Shown here piece after piece: positions 19,847-29,169 of a stretch of DNA of 64,000 nt; position 1 is the stretch's first letter; every line of letters begins with the position of its first letter. This DNA is from an uncultured Desulfovibrionaceae bacterium (GTDB lineage: Bacteria > Desulfobacterota > Desulfovibrionia > Desulfovibrionales > Desulfovibrionaceae), in assembly GCA_944325325.1 (NCBI GenBank), contig CALUZP010000065.1:355-64354 (forward strand). The letters are read 5' to 3'. The notes beneath the pieces are model-generated. The model did not search any database. It was not told the DNA's origin and worked only from the letters and a program-made list of their open reading frames with translations. The translations under genes and the position numbers were made by a program.

Positions 19847-20845
19847 TTAGAGGCGTCCCTTTTCCTTGGCAAAGGCCTTGAGGATTTCCACAGCCTGCTT
19901 GGCGTCAGGGGACTTTTTGGCTTCTTCTTCCCAGACTGTCAGAGCGGCTCTGGTCAGTTCCTTCTGATCCGCTTCGTCAAAGGTCGTCGTCTTGTCCTTG
20001 AAGATTTCATTGATCACGTCAGCGCTTGTACCCATGGCCCAGTCATAATAGACGGTGCGGGTTTCCAGGGCTGCGGTGCGGAAGGCTTCGCGGATCTCTT
20101 CAGGGAATTTTTTCCAGAGCTTCTTGTTGATGATCAGCGTGTCGGTAATCGGGTCGATGAGCGGCGTCACATTGAGCCAGCCGGCAGCTTCATAATACTT
20201 TGTTTCCTTGTATTCGGCTGCACAGCCATACACAACGGCGTCAATCTGGCCGGTGGTCAGCGCCATGTAGATGTCTTCCGGGGGCATGTTGACACAGCTC
20301 ACGCCCAGGGCTGTCAGCATCTTGGCAGACGCGCCGACGACCCGCACCTTCATCTTGCGCATGTCATCCAGGGAGCGGATGGGCTTCTTGCTCAGCGTGT
20401 TGTAGGGCGCAGCCCAGACGGGCCCAAGATATACGACGCCCAGCTTGTCATACTGTTCGGCAAAGAGCTTGCCGAGCCCGCGCTTGTCATACAGTTCCGT
20501 CGCTTCCTGCTCAGACATCCAGGACATGGGCAGGCCCGACTCGATAAGGCCGCTCTTGCGTTCCGAGAAGTGGTGACCCATGCCGTGGCCAATGTCGATC
20601 ATGCCGCTGCGCACCGATTTCAGGATGTTGGCCGAGCCAACCAGTTCACCGCCGGTGAAAACCTGGATTTCCACCTTGCCGCCGGTCAGCTTTTTGACTT
20701 CGTCCGCAAAAAATTTGGCTGCCGTTGCCGTCGTCGGGGAGTAGTAGGTTTGCAGCTTGAGGTTGTACTCCGCCGCATCCGCCGGAAAAGCCATCAGACA
20801 GGGAAGGGCCAGAGCTCCCAGGAACGCCAGGAATCGCTTGAACAT
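19847..20845 (-). CDS. dctP: TRAP transporter substrate-binding protein (DctP family)
   Basis: ORF 19847..20860. The second ATG (MFKRFLAFLGALALPCLMAFPADA signal peptide) is preceded by AAGGAG at a 6-nt spacing. DctP-like body follows. Confidence 0.88.
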   Translation of the reverse strand: MFKRFLAFLGALALPCLMAFPADAAEYNLKLQTYYSPTTATAAKFFADEVKKLTGGKVEIQVFTGGELVGSANILKSVRSGMIDIGHGMGHHFSERKSGLIESGLPMSWMSEQEATELYDKRGLGKLFAEQYDKLGVVYLGPVWAAPYNTLSKKPIRSLDDMRKMKVRVVGASAKMLTALGVSCVNMPPEDIYMALTTGQIDAVVYGCAAEYKETKYYEAAGWLNVTPLIDPITDTLIINKKLWKKFPEEIREAFRTAALETRTVYYDWAMGTSADVINEIFKDKTTTFDEADQKELTRAALTVWEEEAKKSPDAKQAVEILKAFAKEKGRL

Positions 20846-20928
20846 ATTCTGCTCCTTCAAGGTGTTAGAAGATTAATTTTGGAGGATTGACCGGAATATG
20901 TGTTTGCCTTATCGTCCTGCAAATTGAA

Positions 20929-20973
20929 ACATCAACTCATGCATCTGTTGATGTGAATATTACAGATTTCACA
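20929..20973. promoter_or_regulatory. two adjacent inverted repeats in the dctP / gntR intergenic region, candidate operator
   Basis: ACATCAAC-N10-GTTGATGT (20929..20954, with a central ATGCAT) overlaps TGTGAA-N10-TTCACA (20952..20973). They lie 85-130 nt upstream of the dctP start in an AT-rich stretch. Confidence 0.4.
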
Positions 20974-21681
20974 ATGCTTGGCAAGAAAAAAACGTCTTGC
21001 GGGGACAGCCTGTTATTTTTTAAATAAAATATTAATTGATTTTAGTGCATTAGAGATGCATGCAAAGAAAAAGGCACGACAGGAGACCCACCCGGGATGC
21101 CTCCTGCTGCGGTTCCGGGAGAATCGTGGATGTGGCGCATGGGGCGGTATGGCAGGAACAGCCTGCAGGCCGGACGTATTGCGCAGCGGCGCGCGGTTGC
21201 CTATACAGGGCTGCCTGGGGGCGGAACCATGACCCCGGACAGGGAATGCACAGCGGACTGCCGTGCCGCCGCTCTGGCATGCAGGTTGTGGGTTTTATCC
21301 TGAGTGAGCCGTGCGCACGGGGGATTGGCTTCGTCCTGTCCCGCGCCACCATCCTTCAAAAGGAGGGAAGCCGGGTGCATGGAGAAGCAGCCCGGCTTGT
21401 AATGGCAGTAAGGTTGCGGAAGTTCGGGTGAGCGTGGGCACGGGTGGCAGCCGTGCCGGCCGGAAACGGCGCTGAAAGCGTGTGTGGCTTTCCCCAGCCG
21501 GGCGTGGCGCGATTGCAGGCCGGAGTCATGGTGTTTGGTGTTGTGAGTGGCCTGCGTGTCATGTCATGCGCACGCTGTCGTGTGCGGGCTGCAACAAACG
21601 TATACGGGATGTGCCGGGGCATGCTGAAGACCGCCAGTGAGGCCGTCAGGGCGGACTTGTACCGTGAGAGCATAGGCTGTC

Positions 21682-22461
21682 ATGGATTTTGAGCGCGTTG
21701 ATGTATCAGATGCAACATGCTACACAGCTGTTTTCAGAAAGAACCGTTGCTATGCCGCTGAGGATACCGTCTTGAAGAACAGTACGTCTGCAAAAGAAGC
21801 GCAAAGGAAGCCCGTTTCAGGACGGGAAATCGTCTATCAATATATTCAGAAGCAGATGAAGCGGGGGGAAATTCCTCCGGGGAGCGTGCTGGATCTGCGT
21901 GCCATCAGTCAGGCGCTCGGCATCAGCAGCACGCCGTTGCGCGACTCGCTGATCCGGCTTGAGGCTGAAGGCTATGTAAGCATTTTCCCACGCAGCAAGG
22001 TCGTGGTGAACAGGCTGGAGCTGGAAGATTTCCCGTTTTTGTATGAAATCATGGGGGCGTTGGAGTACACGCTCATTGCCGGTGCTATGGACGCCTATAC
22101 GCCTGAACTGCTGGCTGAAATGCGGGCCATGAACACCCAGATGCGTGAAGCGCTGCTCGCCGGCGACATGACCAGCTATGACGAGCGGCATTATGCGTTT
22201 CATGAGACGTTTTTCCAGGTGCGTCCCAATCTGTTTGCCAAGCGGATTCTTAAGCCCATCAAGAACCGGCTCTGGGATTTCCCCCGAAAGAATTTTGTAC
22301 GGGAATGGTATGTGGCCGCTACGGAAGAGCATGAGATGATTGTCGCGGCCATTGAGGCCAGGGACGCTGAAGCGCTGGCGCATGCGGTCAAGGAACGGCA
22401 CTGGGATTTTGCCTATAACCAGGATTCCATCTGCAAGGCGTACGCCTTCGAACAGGCTTAG
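21682..22461 (+). CDS. GntR-family transcriptional regulator (FadR/FCD subfamily)
   Basis: wHTH LRAISQALGISSTPLRDSLIRLEAEGYVSIFPRSKVVV followed by a helical FCD-like domain. The true start may be downstream (for example TTG 21772, preceded by GAGGA). Confidence 0.85.
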   Translation: MDFERVDVSDATCYTAVFRKNRCYAAEDTVLKNSTSAKEAQRKPVSGREIVYQYIQKQMKRGEIPPGSVLDLRAISQALGISSTPLRDSLIRLEAEGYVSIFPRSKVVVNRLELEDFPFLYEIMGALEYTLIAGAMDAYTPELLAEMRAMNTQMREALLAGDMTSYDERHYAFHETFFQVRPNLFAKRILKPIKNRLWDFPRKNFVREWYVAATEEHEMIVAAIEARDAEALAHAVKERHWDFAYNQDSICKAYAFEQA

Positions 22462-22607
22462 CGCCTTTTCAGTTTGAAATGCTTTGCGTTTCAAACCATA
22501 CGGCCTGTCGTTTCGCGGGAAAAACGTGGTTTTTTCGCTCACGTCTGGCCGGGCGGCGCTGTGCCGCCGCCTCGCGTTCTGCCTTTTTCAATGGCAAGAC
22601 GCTCTAG
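22458..22607 (-). mobile_element. MITE-like element copy B (core 22462..22603, 142 bp) flanked by TTAG/CTAG
   Basis: Reverse-complement alignment to copy A across the full length. The left TTAG contains the TAG stop of the GntR gene. Confidence 0.8.
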
Positions 22608-22809
22608 CACCAGGGCGTTTCCCGGGCGCGTTGCACCTGAGAAGCGTTTTTCCCGGGAGAGGTGGGGCGTGTGTCCGCCTCTGTTCTTCCCGTTTCCTTC
22701 GCACGGCCGGCAGGCGCCTGCCGGCCGTGCCGCTGTATCCCGCACCCGGGGCAACAGTGAGGCGCATTGCGGTCAGAGGTCCTGTGCCTCCTGGCGGCCA
22801 TGCCGGCGG

Positions 22810-23505
22810 TTATGGCTGTCCGGGGAGCGCGGTATCTGCTGTCTCTTCCCGGGTGGCCTCGATGTATCCCTGGAGCCCTGTAAACAGGAACCGCTTGATG
22901 TGTCGCGCCAGCTCTTCCGGAGGCAGGCGCAGGGCCGGGATCAGCGAGTTCTTGAGGTCTCTGTCGGCAACGAGCAGGGCCATACAGGGGGCCATGAGAC
23001 TGACGACGCCGCAGTGTACCGCAGGACTGTCGGGGGGCAGCTGCATGTACTGGCCGAGCAGGTCGTGGACGATGCCGACCTTGGGCATGACGTTGCGCGC
23101 GACGCCGGCGGCAAACAGCGGTGTGGGGAAGATGACTTCCCGCGCCCAGAGGCGCAGCTGCCAGCCCCGGGGGTTGCGCAGGTTCAGGATCAGGCCGTCG
23201 ACGAGCCGTTCAATCTTTTCGCGCGGGGAGACGGGGCTGCCGGCCAGCTGCATGAGGAAATCCAGGCTCATCATGTGGGTGTGGGCGATTTCGAGTACTG
23301 CCATATACAGGGCGTCGCGGCTGCCGAAGTGATAGTTGACGGCGGAGAGATTGCTTTTGGCGCGCAGGCAGATGGCTTTGCTTGTGGTGTCGGCGTATCC
23401 CCGTTCGGCAAAGAGCTGCCCGGCGGCTTCGAGAAGCCGGGCTCTGGTGGTGTCGCCGTCGTCACGGGGGGCACGGCCGGCGCGGCCGGCGTTCAGGACA
23501 GGCAT
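22810..23505 (-). CDS. TetR-family transcriptional regulator (YbiH/CecR-like context)
   Basis: N-terminal HTH RARLLEAAGQLFAERGYADTTSKAICLRAKSNLSAVNYHFGSRDALY. Lies 9 nt downstream of the last ABC-2 permease gene. Confidence 0.88.
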   Translation of the reverse strand: MPVLNAGRAGRAPRDDGDTTRARLLEAAGQLFAERGYADTTSKAICLRAKSNLSAVNYHFGSRDALYMAVLEIAHTHMMSLDFLMQLAGSPVSPREKIERLVDGLILNLRNPRGWQLRLWAREVIFPTPLFAAGVARNVMPKVGIVHDLLGQYMQLPPDSPAVHCGVVSLMAPCMALLVADRDLKNSLIPALRLPPEELARHIKRFLFTGLQGYIEATREETADTALPGQP

Positions 23506-23514
23506 GACGTCACC

Positions 23515-24624
23515 TCAGTCCAGGTTGCGGAACAGCCAGGCAGCCAGTGGCAGCGTGAGGACAGCCACGGCGGCCATGGGCACGCAGTTCACGGCCAGAT
23601 CGGCTATGACCGCGCCTTCCAGGTAGACGCGCCGCACGCATTCGAGCATGAAGCGCAGCGGATTGAGCCAGGTCAGCAGCTGGAGCGCCTCGGGCATGTT
23701 GGCAATGGGCGTGGCCAGTCCGGAGAGCAGGATCAGCGGCATGATGAGCACAAAGGTGTACACCAGGGCCTGCTGCATGGAGCGCGATACGGCCGAGATG
23801 GACAGGCCGATGCCCACACAGCTGAGGATGAACAGCGTCAGGCAGGCGTACAGCGTCCATAGGGAGCCCGCGAAGGGGATGCGGAACCAGAACCGGCAGA
23901 CCAGCAGGATGAGCGTGGCCTGCACCAGGCCGACGAACATGGGGGGCAGTGCCTTGCCAATCAGGATTTCCGGCGGGGAAAGCGGGGTGACCAGCAGCTG
24001 GTCAAAGGTGCCCTGTTCGCGTTCGCGGGTCACGCTGAGCCCGGCAAGCATGATTACCTGCATCATGCTGAGCGTGGCGATGAGCCCGGGGACGATGTTC
24101 CAGCGGGTTTCCAGGTTGGGATTGAACCAGGCGCGGCTTTTGAGCACAATGGGCATGCTCACGCCCCGTTCGGCATTGACGCTTTCGACAATGCTGCTCA
24201 GATAGCCTGAGGCGACGCCGGCGGTGGTGGAGTTGCGTCCGTCGAGGATGGCCTGAACGGGCGCGGTGTCGCCTGCGGTGAGCCGTGAATCCAGATCGGG
24301 CGGCATGTGCAGCACAAGGAGCGCCTCACCGGCGTTGATGCAGCGGGCGATGTCCGCCGGGACGCGCAGCGTGGCCACGCGGCGGAAAATGCCCGAGCCG
24401 TCCATTTTGGCCAGGATGCGTGTGGAGGCTGCGCCGTGGCTTTCGTCAAGCACGGCATACGGCACCTCATCGAGGTCAAAGGTTGCGGCATAGCCGAACA
24501 GGATGGTCTGCGCGATGACCGGCAGCACAAGCACAATGCGGCTGGCCGGGTCCTTGAGGATGGCCAGCAGCTCCTTGCGGCAGAGTACCCGCAGGCGCCG
24601 GAGCCAGTTGAGCAGCTCGTTCAT
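23515..24624 (-). CDS. ABC-2 type transporter permease (YbhR/YbhS-like)
   Basis: 369 aa with an N-terminal TM, a large periplasmic loop and a C-terminal ABC-2 membrane domain. Overlaps the upstream permease. Confidence 0.85.
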   Translation of the reverse strand: MNELLNWLRRLRVLCRKELLAILKDPASRIVLVLPVIAQTILFGYAATFDLDEVPYAVLDESHGAASTRILAKMDGSGIFRRVATLRVPADIARCINAGEALLVLHMPPDLDSRLTAGDTAPVQAILDGRNSTTAGVASGYLSSIVESVNAERGVSMPIVLKSRAWFNPNLETRWNIVPGLIATLSMMQVIMLAGLSVTREREQGTFDQLLVTPLSPPEILIGKALPPMFVGLVQATLILLVCRFWFRIPFAGSLWTLYACLTLFILSCVGIGLSISAVSRSMQQALVYTFVLIMPLILLSGLATPIANMPEALQLLTWLNPLRFMLECVRRVYLEGAVIADLAVNCVPMAAVAVLTLPLAAWLFRNLD

Positions 24625-25778
24625 TTGAACAGCCTCTTGGGCGTACCGAGGTACGCCAGAATGAGGAACAGGATGGCGTACCCCAGCAGCACACTGTTGT
24701 TTTTGAGGATGAGCGGCCAGATGTCACCGGCAAGGAACAGGGTCTTGATCAGTTCCATGTAGTAGGTCGCCGGCAGAATTTGGCCCACATAGCGGACCAG
24801 GGGCGGCACGCAGCGCAGGTCAAACAGAAAGCCTGAAATCATGACCGCCGGCAGGAACGTGGCAAACAGGGCCAGCTGGCTGGCCAGGAACTGCTTTTTG
24901 GTCAGGGCGGAGAGCACGAGCCCCAGCGCCAGCGAAACAATAAGATACAGCATGGACGTGAGCAGCAGCACGATCAGCGAGCCGTACAGCGGCACCTGAA
25001 ACAGAAAGCGTGCGGCGAGCAGGCACATGAAAAAGCCGATCATCCCGACCAGGAAATAGGGGATGATTTTGGAGAGCAGGATTTCCGACCGGCGCACAGG
25101 GGTGACGAACAGCGATTCAAGCGTGCCCCGCTCCCACTCGCGCGCCATGACCAGTGCGGTCATGAATGCGCCGACCAGCGTCATGATGATAACGACAAGG
25201 CCCGGCACAAGGTACCAGGTGCTGGAGTTGGCCGCATTGAACCACAGGCGGTCGACCACTTCGATCCGGCCTGTGGACGCCGTGTCTGCGGCAACGCCGG
25301 GCGACGGGCCGCCGCGGTCGCTGTTGCGCAGAACCCAGAGGTTGAGAGCGCTGCTCACATAGCCCCGGATGGCCGTGGCGCTGGTGGGATCCGTGCCGTA
25401 GAGCACGAGCTGCACCTGAGCGGAGCCTGTGGCGAGCTGGTCGGCAAAGTCGGCCGGCAGGCGGACGATGCCGTCGACCTCGCGAGCTCTGAGCAGGCGT
25501 TCGGCCTCACGCATGGAGGCGACGTAGCGCGGTGAAAGGTATTCGCCGTCCAGGCCGCTCAGCACGTCCCGGGCCAGGGGCGAATCGTCGTCCATGACGA
25601 TGGCTATGGGCGCATGCCGCACGTCCAGGGAGATGGCGTAGCCAAACAGCAGGATCAGGATGATGGGCAGAACGATGCCGATCAGGATGTTGCTGCTGTC
25701 GCGCCAGAGCTGGCGGAATTCCTTGTGCGTCAGCGCACTGAGGCGGACGAGGCATGCGGGGGGAACTGGTCGTTTCAT
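24621..25778 (-). CDS. ABC-2 type transporter permease (YbhS/YbhR-like)
   Basis: 385 aa with the same architecture as its neighbour. Overlaps the ATPase gene stop. Confidence 0.85.
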   Translation of the reverse strand: MKRPVPPACLVRLSALTHKEFRQLWRDSSNILIGIVLPIILILLFGYAISLDVRHAPIAIVMDDDSPLARDVLSGLDGEYLSPRYVASMREAERLLRAREVDGIVRLPADFADQLATGSAQVQLVLYGTDPTSATAIRGYVSSALNLWVLRNSDRGGPSPGVAADTASTGRIEVVDRLWFNAANSSTWYLVPGLVVIIMTLVGAFMTALVMAREWERGTLESLFVTPVRRSEILLSKIIPYFLVGMIGFFMCLLAARFLFQVPLYGSLIVLLLTSMLYLIVSLALGLVLSALTKKQFLASQLALFATFLPAVMISGFLFDLRCVPPLVRYVGQILPATYYMELIKTLFLAGDIWPLILKNNSVLLGYAILFLILAYLGTPKRLFK

Positions 25779-27733
25779 GACCTGTCTCCTGCCTGTGCGG
25801 CACGATGCTGCTCGACAATGCGGATGAAGGCCTCTTCCATGCTGGTCACGTCCGGACCGGCCTGACGCCGTACTTCGCCGGGCGTGCCCAGGGCCAGGAT
25901 TTTCCCGGCGTCCTGGATCACCATGCGATCGCAGTATTCGGCTTCTTCCATAAAGTGCGTGGTGATGATGATGGTGGTGTCGCCGGCCGCAAGTTCGGTG
26001 ATCTGCCGCCAGAAGGCGCGCCGGGCCAGCGCGTCAATACCGCTTGTCGGCTCGTCGAGAAACAGAATCTGCGGTTCGTGCAGCAGTCCCGTAGCCATGG
26101 CCAGACGCTGGCGGAACCCGCCGGGCATGGCATTGCAGGGCAGGCCGGTCTCCTCGCGCAGATCGAACTGGCGGCGCACGGTGGCGATCCGTTCGCGCAG
26201 CCGCCGTCCGTGCAGGTTATAGATGCCGCCAAAGAACTGGAGGTTTTCTTCGACGGTCAGCGCGCCGTACAGCGAAAACTTCTGGGCTACATAGCCGATG
26301 TTGGCGCGTGCCTGAGCCCGTGCCGTGCGCAGATCCCTGCCGGCCACCCGCAGCAGGCCGCTTGTGGCGGGCAGCAGCCCGCACAGCATCCGGAAGGTTG
26401 TGGTCTTGCCCGCGCCGTTGGGGCCGAGCAGGCCGAAAATCTCGCCACGGTGGACGCAGAACGAAGTGCTGTCCACCGCCGTGAACGCGCCGAAGCGCTT
26501 GACCAGATCACGCACTTCAATCACGACGTCATCCGCCGCACCAGTGTCTCCGCCGCCGGCCGCGCCGATCCGGCTGCCGGTCTCCGGTGTGCCGGGCCGG
26601 ACTGCGGGGGTGCGCTGCACTGACGGCGTTGCGCCTGTTCCGGCACTGGCAGGATGGGCTGGGCTGCCTGTGCCGCCAGCCGTATCCTGAGGGGCGTCCC
26701 GTCCGGCAGTACCGTCTGCCACGGTGTCGGGCGTATCGTTTCCCTTCTGGCCGTCCTGCGGTATCCCGGCAGACTCGCCGGAGTGTACAGCCTTTTTCTG
26801 CTGTTCGCGCAGCAGCAGCATGAAACCGTCCTCCAGGGTGGGCGGCACAGAATGCGCCACAAGGCCAAAGCGCGCCTGCAGCGTTCCTTCGTCGACGCCC
26901 CGGCGCAGCATGCAGTGGACAAGACCGCCTGCCGGCACCGCGTCGGCAATGGTTGCTGTATCGTCAAGCAGGGCGGCCTGTACCGTGCGGGCCACCGTGC
27001 CTGCGGGCAGCTCCACATCAAAGCAGCGCCCGGAAGCCAGCGCCGCCAGCTCGTCTGGCGTGCCCTGGGCAATCAGATGTCCCTCATGCATGATGAAAAC
27101 CTGTCCGCAGAGGGCCGCCTCGTCCAGATAGGCGGTGCTGACCAGTACGGTCAGCCGTTCTTCTTCCTCAAAGTGTTTGAGGATGCTCCACAGTTCCCGG
27201 CGTGACAGAGGATCCACCCCGGCTGTAGGCTCGTCGAGCAGCAGGATGGCCGGCGGGCGGACCAGGGTGCAGGCCAGGCCGAGCTTTTGTTTCATACCGC
27301 CGGAAAGCCGTCCTGCCAGCCGTTCTGTAAACCGGTCAAGATCCATCATGGCCAGAAGCTTGGCGTTGCGTGCCTCGCGCTGTCCGGCGGGGACGCAATG
27401 CAGGTCGGCATACAGCTCCATGTTTTCGCGGACGGTCAGATCTTCATAGAGGCCGAAGCGCTGCGGCATATAACTGGTGCGGTCCTGCACGTCCTGAGGG
27501 CGGGAGGCGGCGTCGATGCCCAGTACGTCGAGGGTGCCGGACTCCGGCGTTGTCAGGCCGCAGATCATCCGCAGCAGCGTGGTCTTGCCTGCCCCGTCCG
27601 GCCCGACCAGAGCTGAAATCATGCCACCCGGCACGTCGAGCGTTACGTCATTCACAGCCTGCACAATCCGTCCGGACTCCTTGATCCGGAATGACTTGCT
27701 GACGTTGCGGGCCTGGATTGCCACGTCGCTCAT
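25775..27733 (-). CDS. ABC transporter ATP-binding protein with duplicated NBDs (YbhF-like)
   Basis: Walker A GPDGAGKTTLLRM and GPNGAGKTTTFRML; signatures LSGGMKQKL and MPGGFRQRL. The two NBDs are separated by a low-complexity linker of about 90 aa. Confidence 0.9.
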   Translation of the reverse strand: MSDVAIQARNVSKSFRIKESGRIVQAVNDVTLDVPGGMISALVGPDGAGKTTLLRMICGLTTPESGTLDVLGIDAASRPQDVQDRTSYMPQRFGLYEDLTVRENMELYADLHCVPAGQREARNAKLLAMMDLDRFTERLAGRLSGGMKQKLGLACTLVRPPAILLLDEPTAGVDPLSRRELWSILKHFEEEERLTVLVSTAYLDEAALCGQVFIMHEGHLIAQGTPDELAALASGRCFDVELPAGTVARTVQAALLDDTATIADAVPAGGLVHCMLRRGVDEGTLQARFGLVAHSVPPTLEDGFMLLLREQQKKAVHSGESAGIPQDGQKGNDTPDTVADGTAGRDAPQDTAGGTGSPAHPASAGTGATPSVQRTPAVRPGTPETGSRIGAAGGGDTGAADDVVIEVRDLVKRFGAFTAVDSTSFCVHRGEIFGLLGPNGAGKTTTFRMLCGLLPATSGLLRVAGRDLRTARAQARANIGYVAQKFSLYGALTVEENLQFFGGIYNLHGRRLRERIATVRRQFDLREETGLPCNAMPGGFRQRLAMATGLLHEPQILFLDEPTSGIDALARRAFWRQITELAAGDTTIIITTHFMEEAEYCDRMVIQDAGKILALGTPGEVRRQAGPDVTSMEEAFIRIVEQHRAAQAGDRS

Positions 27734-28728
27734 GCGCCGCCCTCTTTCGCCAGACGGACCGTGGCGGGCATGCCCAGCCGCAGGCGGTTTTCGGGGTCCT
27801 CGACCATGACGCGCACTTCATAGAGCAGCGCGGTGCGCAGCTCTTCGGTCTGCACCGTCTTGGGCGTGAATTCCGCAACGGAGGCAATGAACCCTACTGT
27901 CCCTGTCATGGGTGCGTCCGGCCAGGTGTCGGTGGTCACAAGCAGGCGCATGCCTTCATGGATCAGTCCCAGCTGTGTCTCCGGCACATAGGCCCGGATC
28001 CACTTGGGACTGGTCAGGGCAACCAGATAGACGGCGCGCTGGGGCGAGGCCATGTCACCCGGTTCGAGCAGTCTGGAGCGGACGACGCCGTCACAGGGCG
28101 CAATAAGGACGGTTTCGGCAATGTCGTGCTCCAGAATGGCCAGTTGCGCCTTGGCGCTCTGCAGCTGCGCGCGGGCTTCGGCAATGTCTTCGTCACGCGG
28201 GCCGATTTCCGCCAGGCGCAGGGCCTCATTGGCCGAACGCAGCCGGGCGGCGGCCATGTCGTCGGCAGAGATGGCGTTGTCAAGTTCCTGACGGCTGACG
28301 GCATGTCCCCCGCCGCCGGCATACAGCGTCTGCATGCGCTTGCGCTGCTGGGCGGCAAATTTGGCTTCCGCCTGGGCGGCAGCCACACTGGCCCTGGCCT
28401 GGGCCAGCTCTTCGGGACGGGTGCCGTTCAGCAGCCTGAGCAGAGCCTGATCCAGCGCGGCAATGTCGGCACGGGCCTTGTCGGCCTGCAGGCGCAGCGA
28501 GGTGTCGTCAAGCCGGGCCAGCACCTGGCCCGTATGGATCCGGTCGCCTTCCTCCACAGCCATGTCCAGCACGCGGCCGCTGCTGTTGAAGGCCAGCGAC
28601 ACCTGCCGGATATCCACATTTCCGTAAAGCACGAACTCATCCGCGCTGCCATACAGCCGGTGAAAGCCGTACCAGCCGCCGGCTGCGGCCACGGCCAGGA
28701 CAAGCAGAACTATCAGCCATTTTTTCAT
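27730..28728 (-). CDS. HlyD-family membrane fusion protein (YbhG-like)
   Basis: ORF trimmed to MKKWLIVLLVLAVAAAGGWYGF at 28728. Has a lipoyl-like segment, a coiled coil and a beta-barrel layout. Confidence 0.85.
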   Translation of the reverse strand: MKKWLIVLLVLAVAAAGGWYGFHRLYGSADEFVLYGNVDIRQVSLAFNSSGRVLDMAVEEGDRIHTGQVLARLDDTSLRLQADKARADIAALDQALLRLLNGTRPEELAQARASVAAAQAEAKFAAQQRKRMQTLYAGGGGHAVSRQELDNAISADDMAAARLRSANEALRLAEIGPRDEDIAEARAQLQSAKAQLAILEHDIAETVLIAPCDGVVRSRLLEPGDMASPQRAVYLVALTSPKWIRAYVPETQLGLIHEGMRLLVTTDTWPDAPMTGTVGFIASVAEFTPKTVQTEELRTALLYEVRVMVEDPENRLRLGMPATVRLAKEGGA

Positions 28729-28936
28729 GTTGTACCTCGGTGCCGCGCGGGATTGCGCGGTTCGTCGCCATGCGGCCTGTCTTTTGAACACCCCGCATGC
28801 ACGGATGGCCTGTTGCGCCTTGCGGACTGGCATGCTCCCGCTCCTGCGCTGTGGACGTCAGAGCATGCCTTACGGGCTCGTCCCCCGGCAGCCATGTCTG
28901 ACCTGGCCGGGAGCCGGCTCTATGCAAAAGACTGTG

Positions 28937-28960
28937 TTAAAATTCAAATTTGAATTTTAA
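28937..28960. promoter_or_regulatory. perfect 24-bp palindrome, candidate TetR operator of the efflux operon
   Basis: TTAAAATTCAAATTTGAATTTTAA equals its own reverse complement. It sits in an AT-rich island about 210 nt upstream of the HlyD start, directly 3' (minus strand) of a TTGACA (28986..28981) and a TATAGT-like box. Confidence 0.5.
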
Positions 28961-29169
28961 CTATAATAAATACGGCATATTGTCAAGATAATGAGAACAT
29001 GAACCGGGATGAATGTTGCGCCGTCGAGTCCGTGAACGGCTTGCCCGACGTGAGGATCCAGAGCCGGTCGCTCTGCCACATACAAAGACAGGCAGCCGTT
29101 AAGTGGGAAAGAGGCAAAGACGCCTGGAACGCCTCCGGGGAGGTATGCAGTGTTGTCTGGCCGTATGGA

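Noticed and set aside
22604-22801. Small ORFs starting MAAR.HR.S.RN.PHCC just downstream of both the TetR gene (22604..22801) and its relic (15849..16070)
   Set aside because: The shared N-terminus reflects nucleotide-level conservation of the duplicated segment. The two ORFs diverge completely after an indel, so there is no evidence of selection on a protein.
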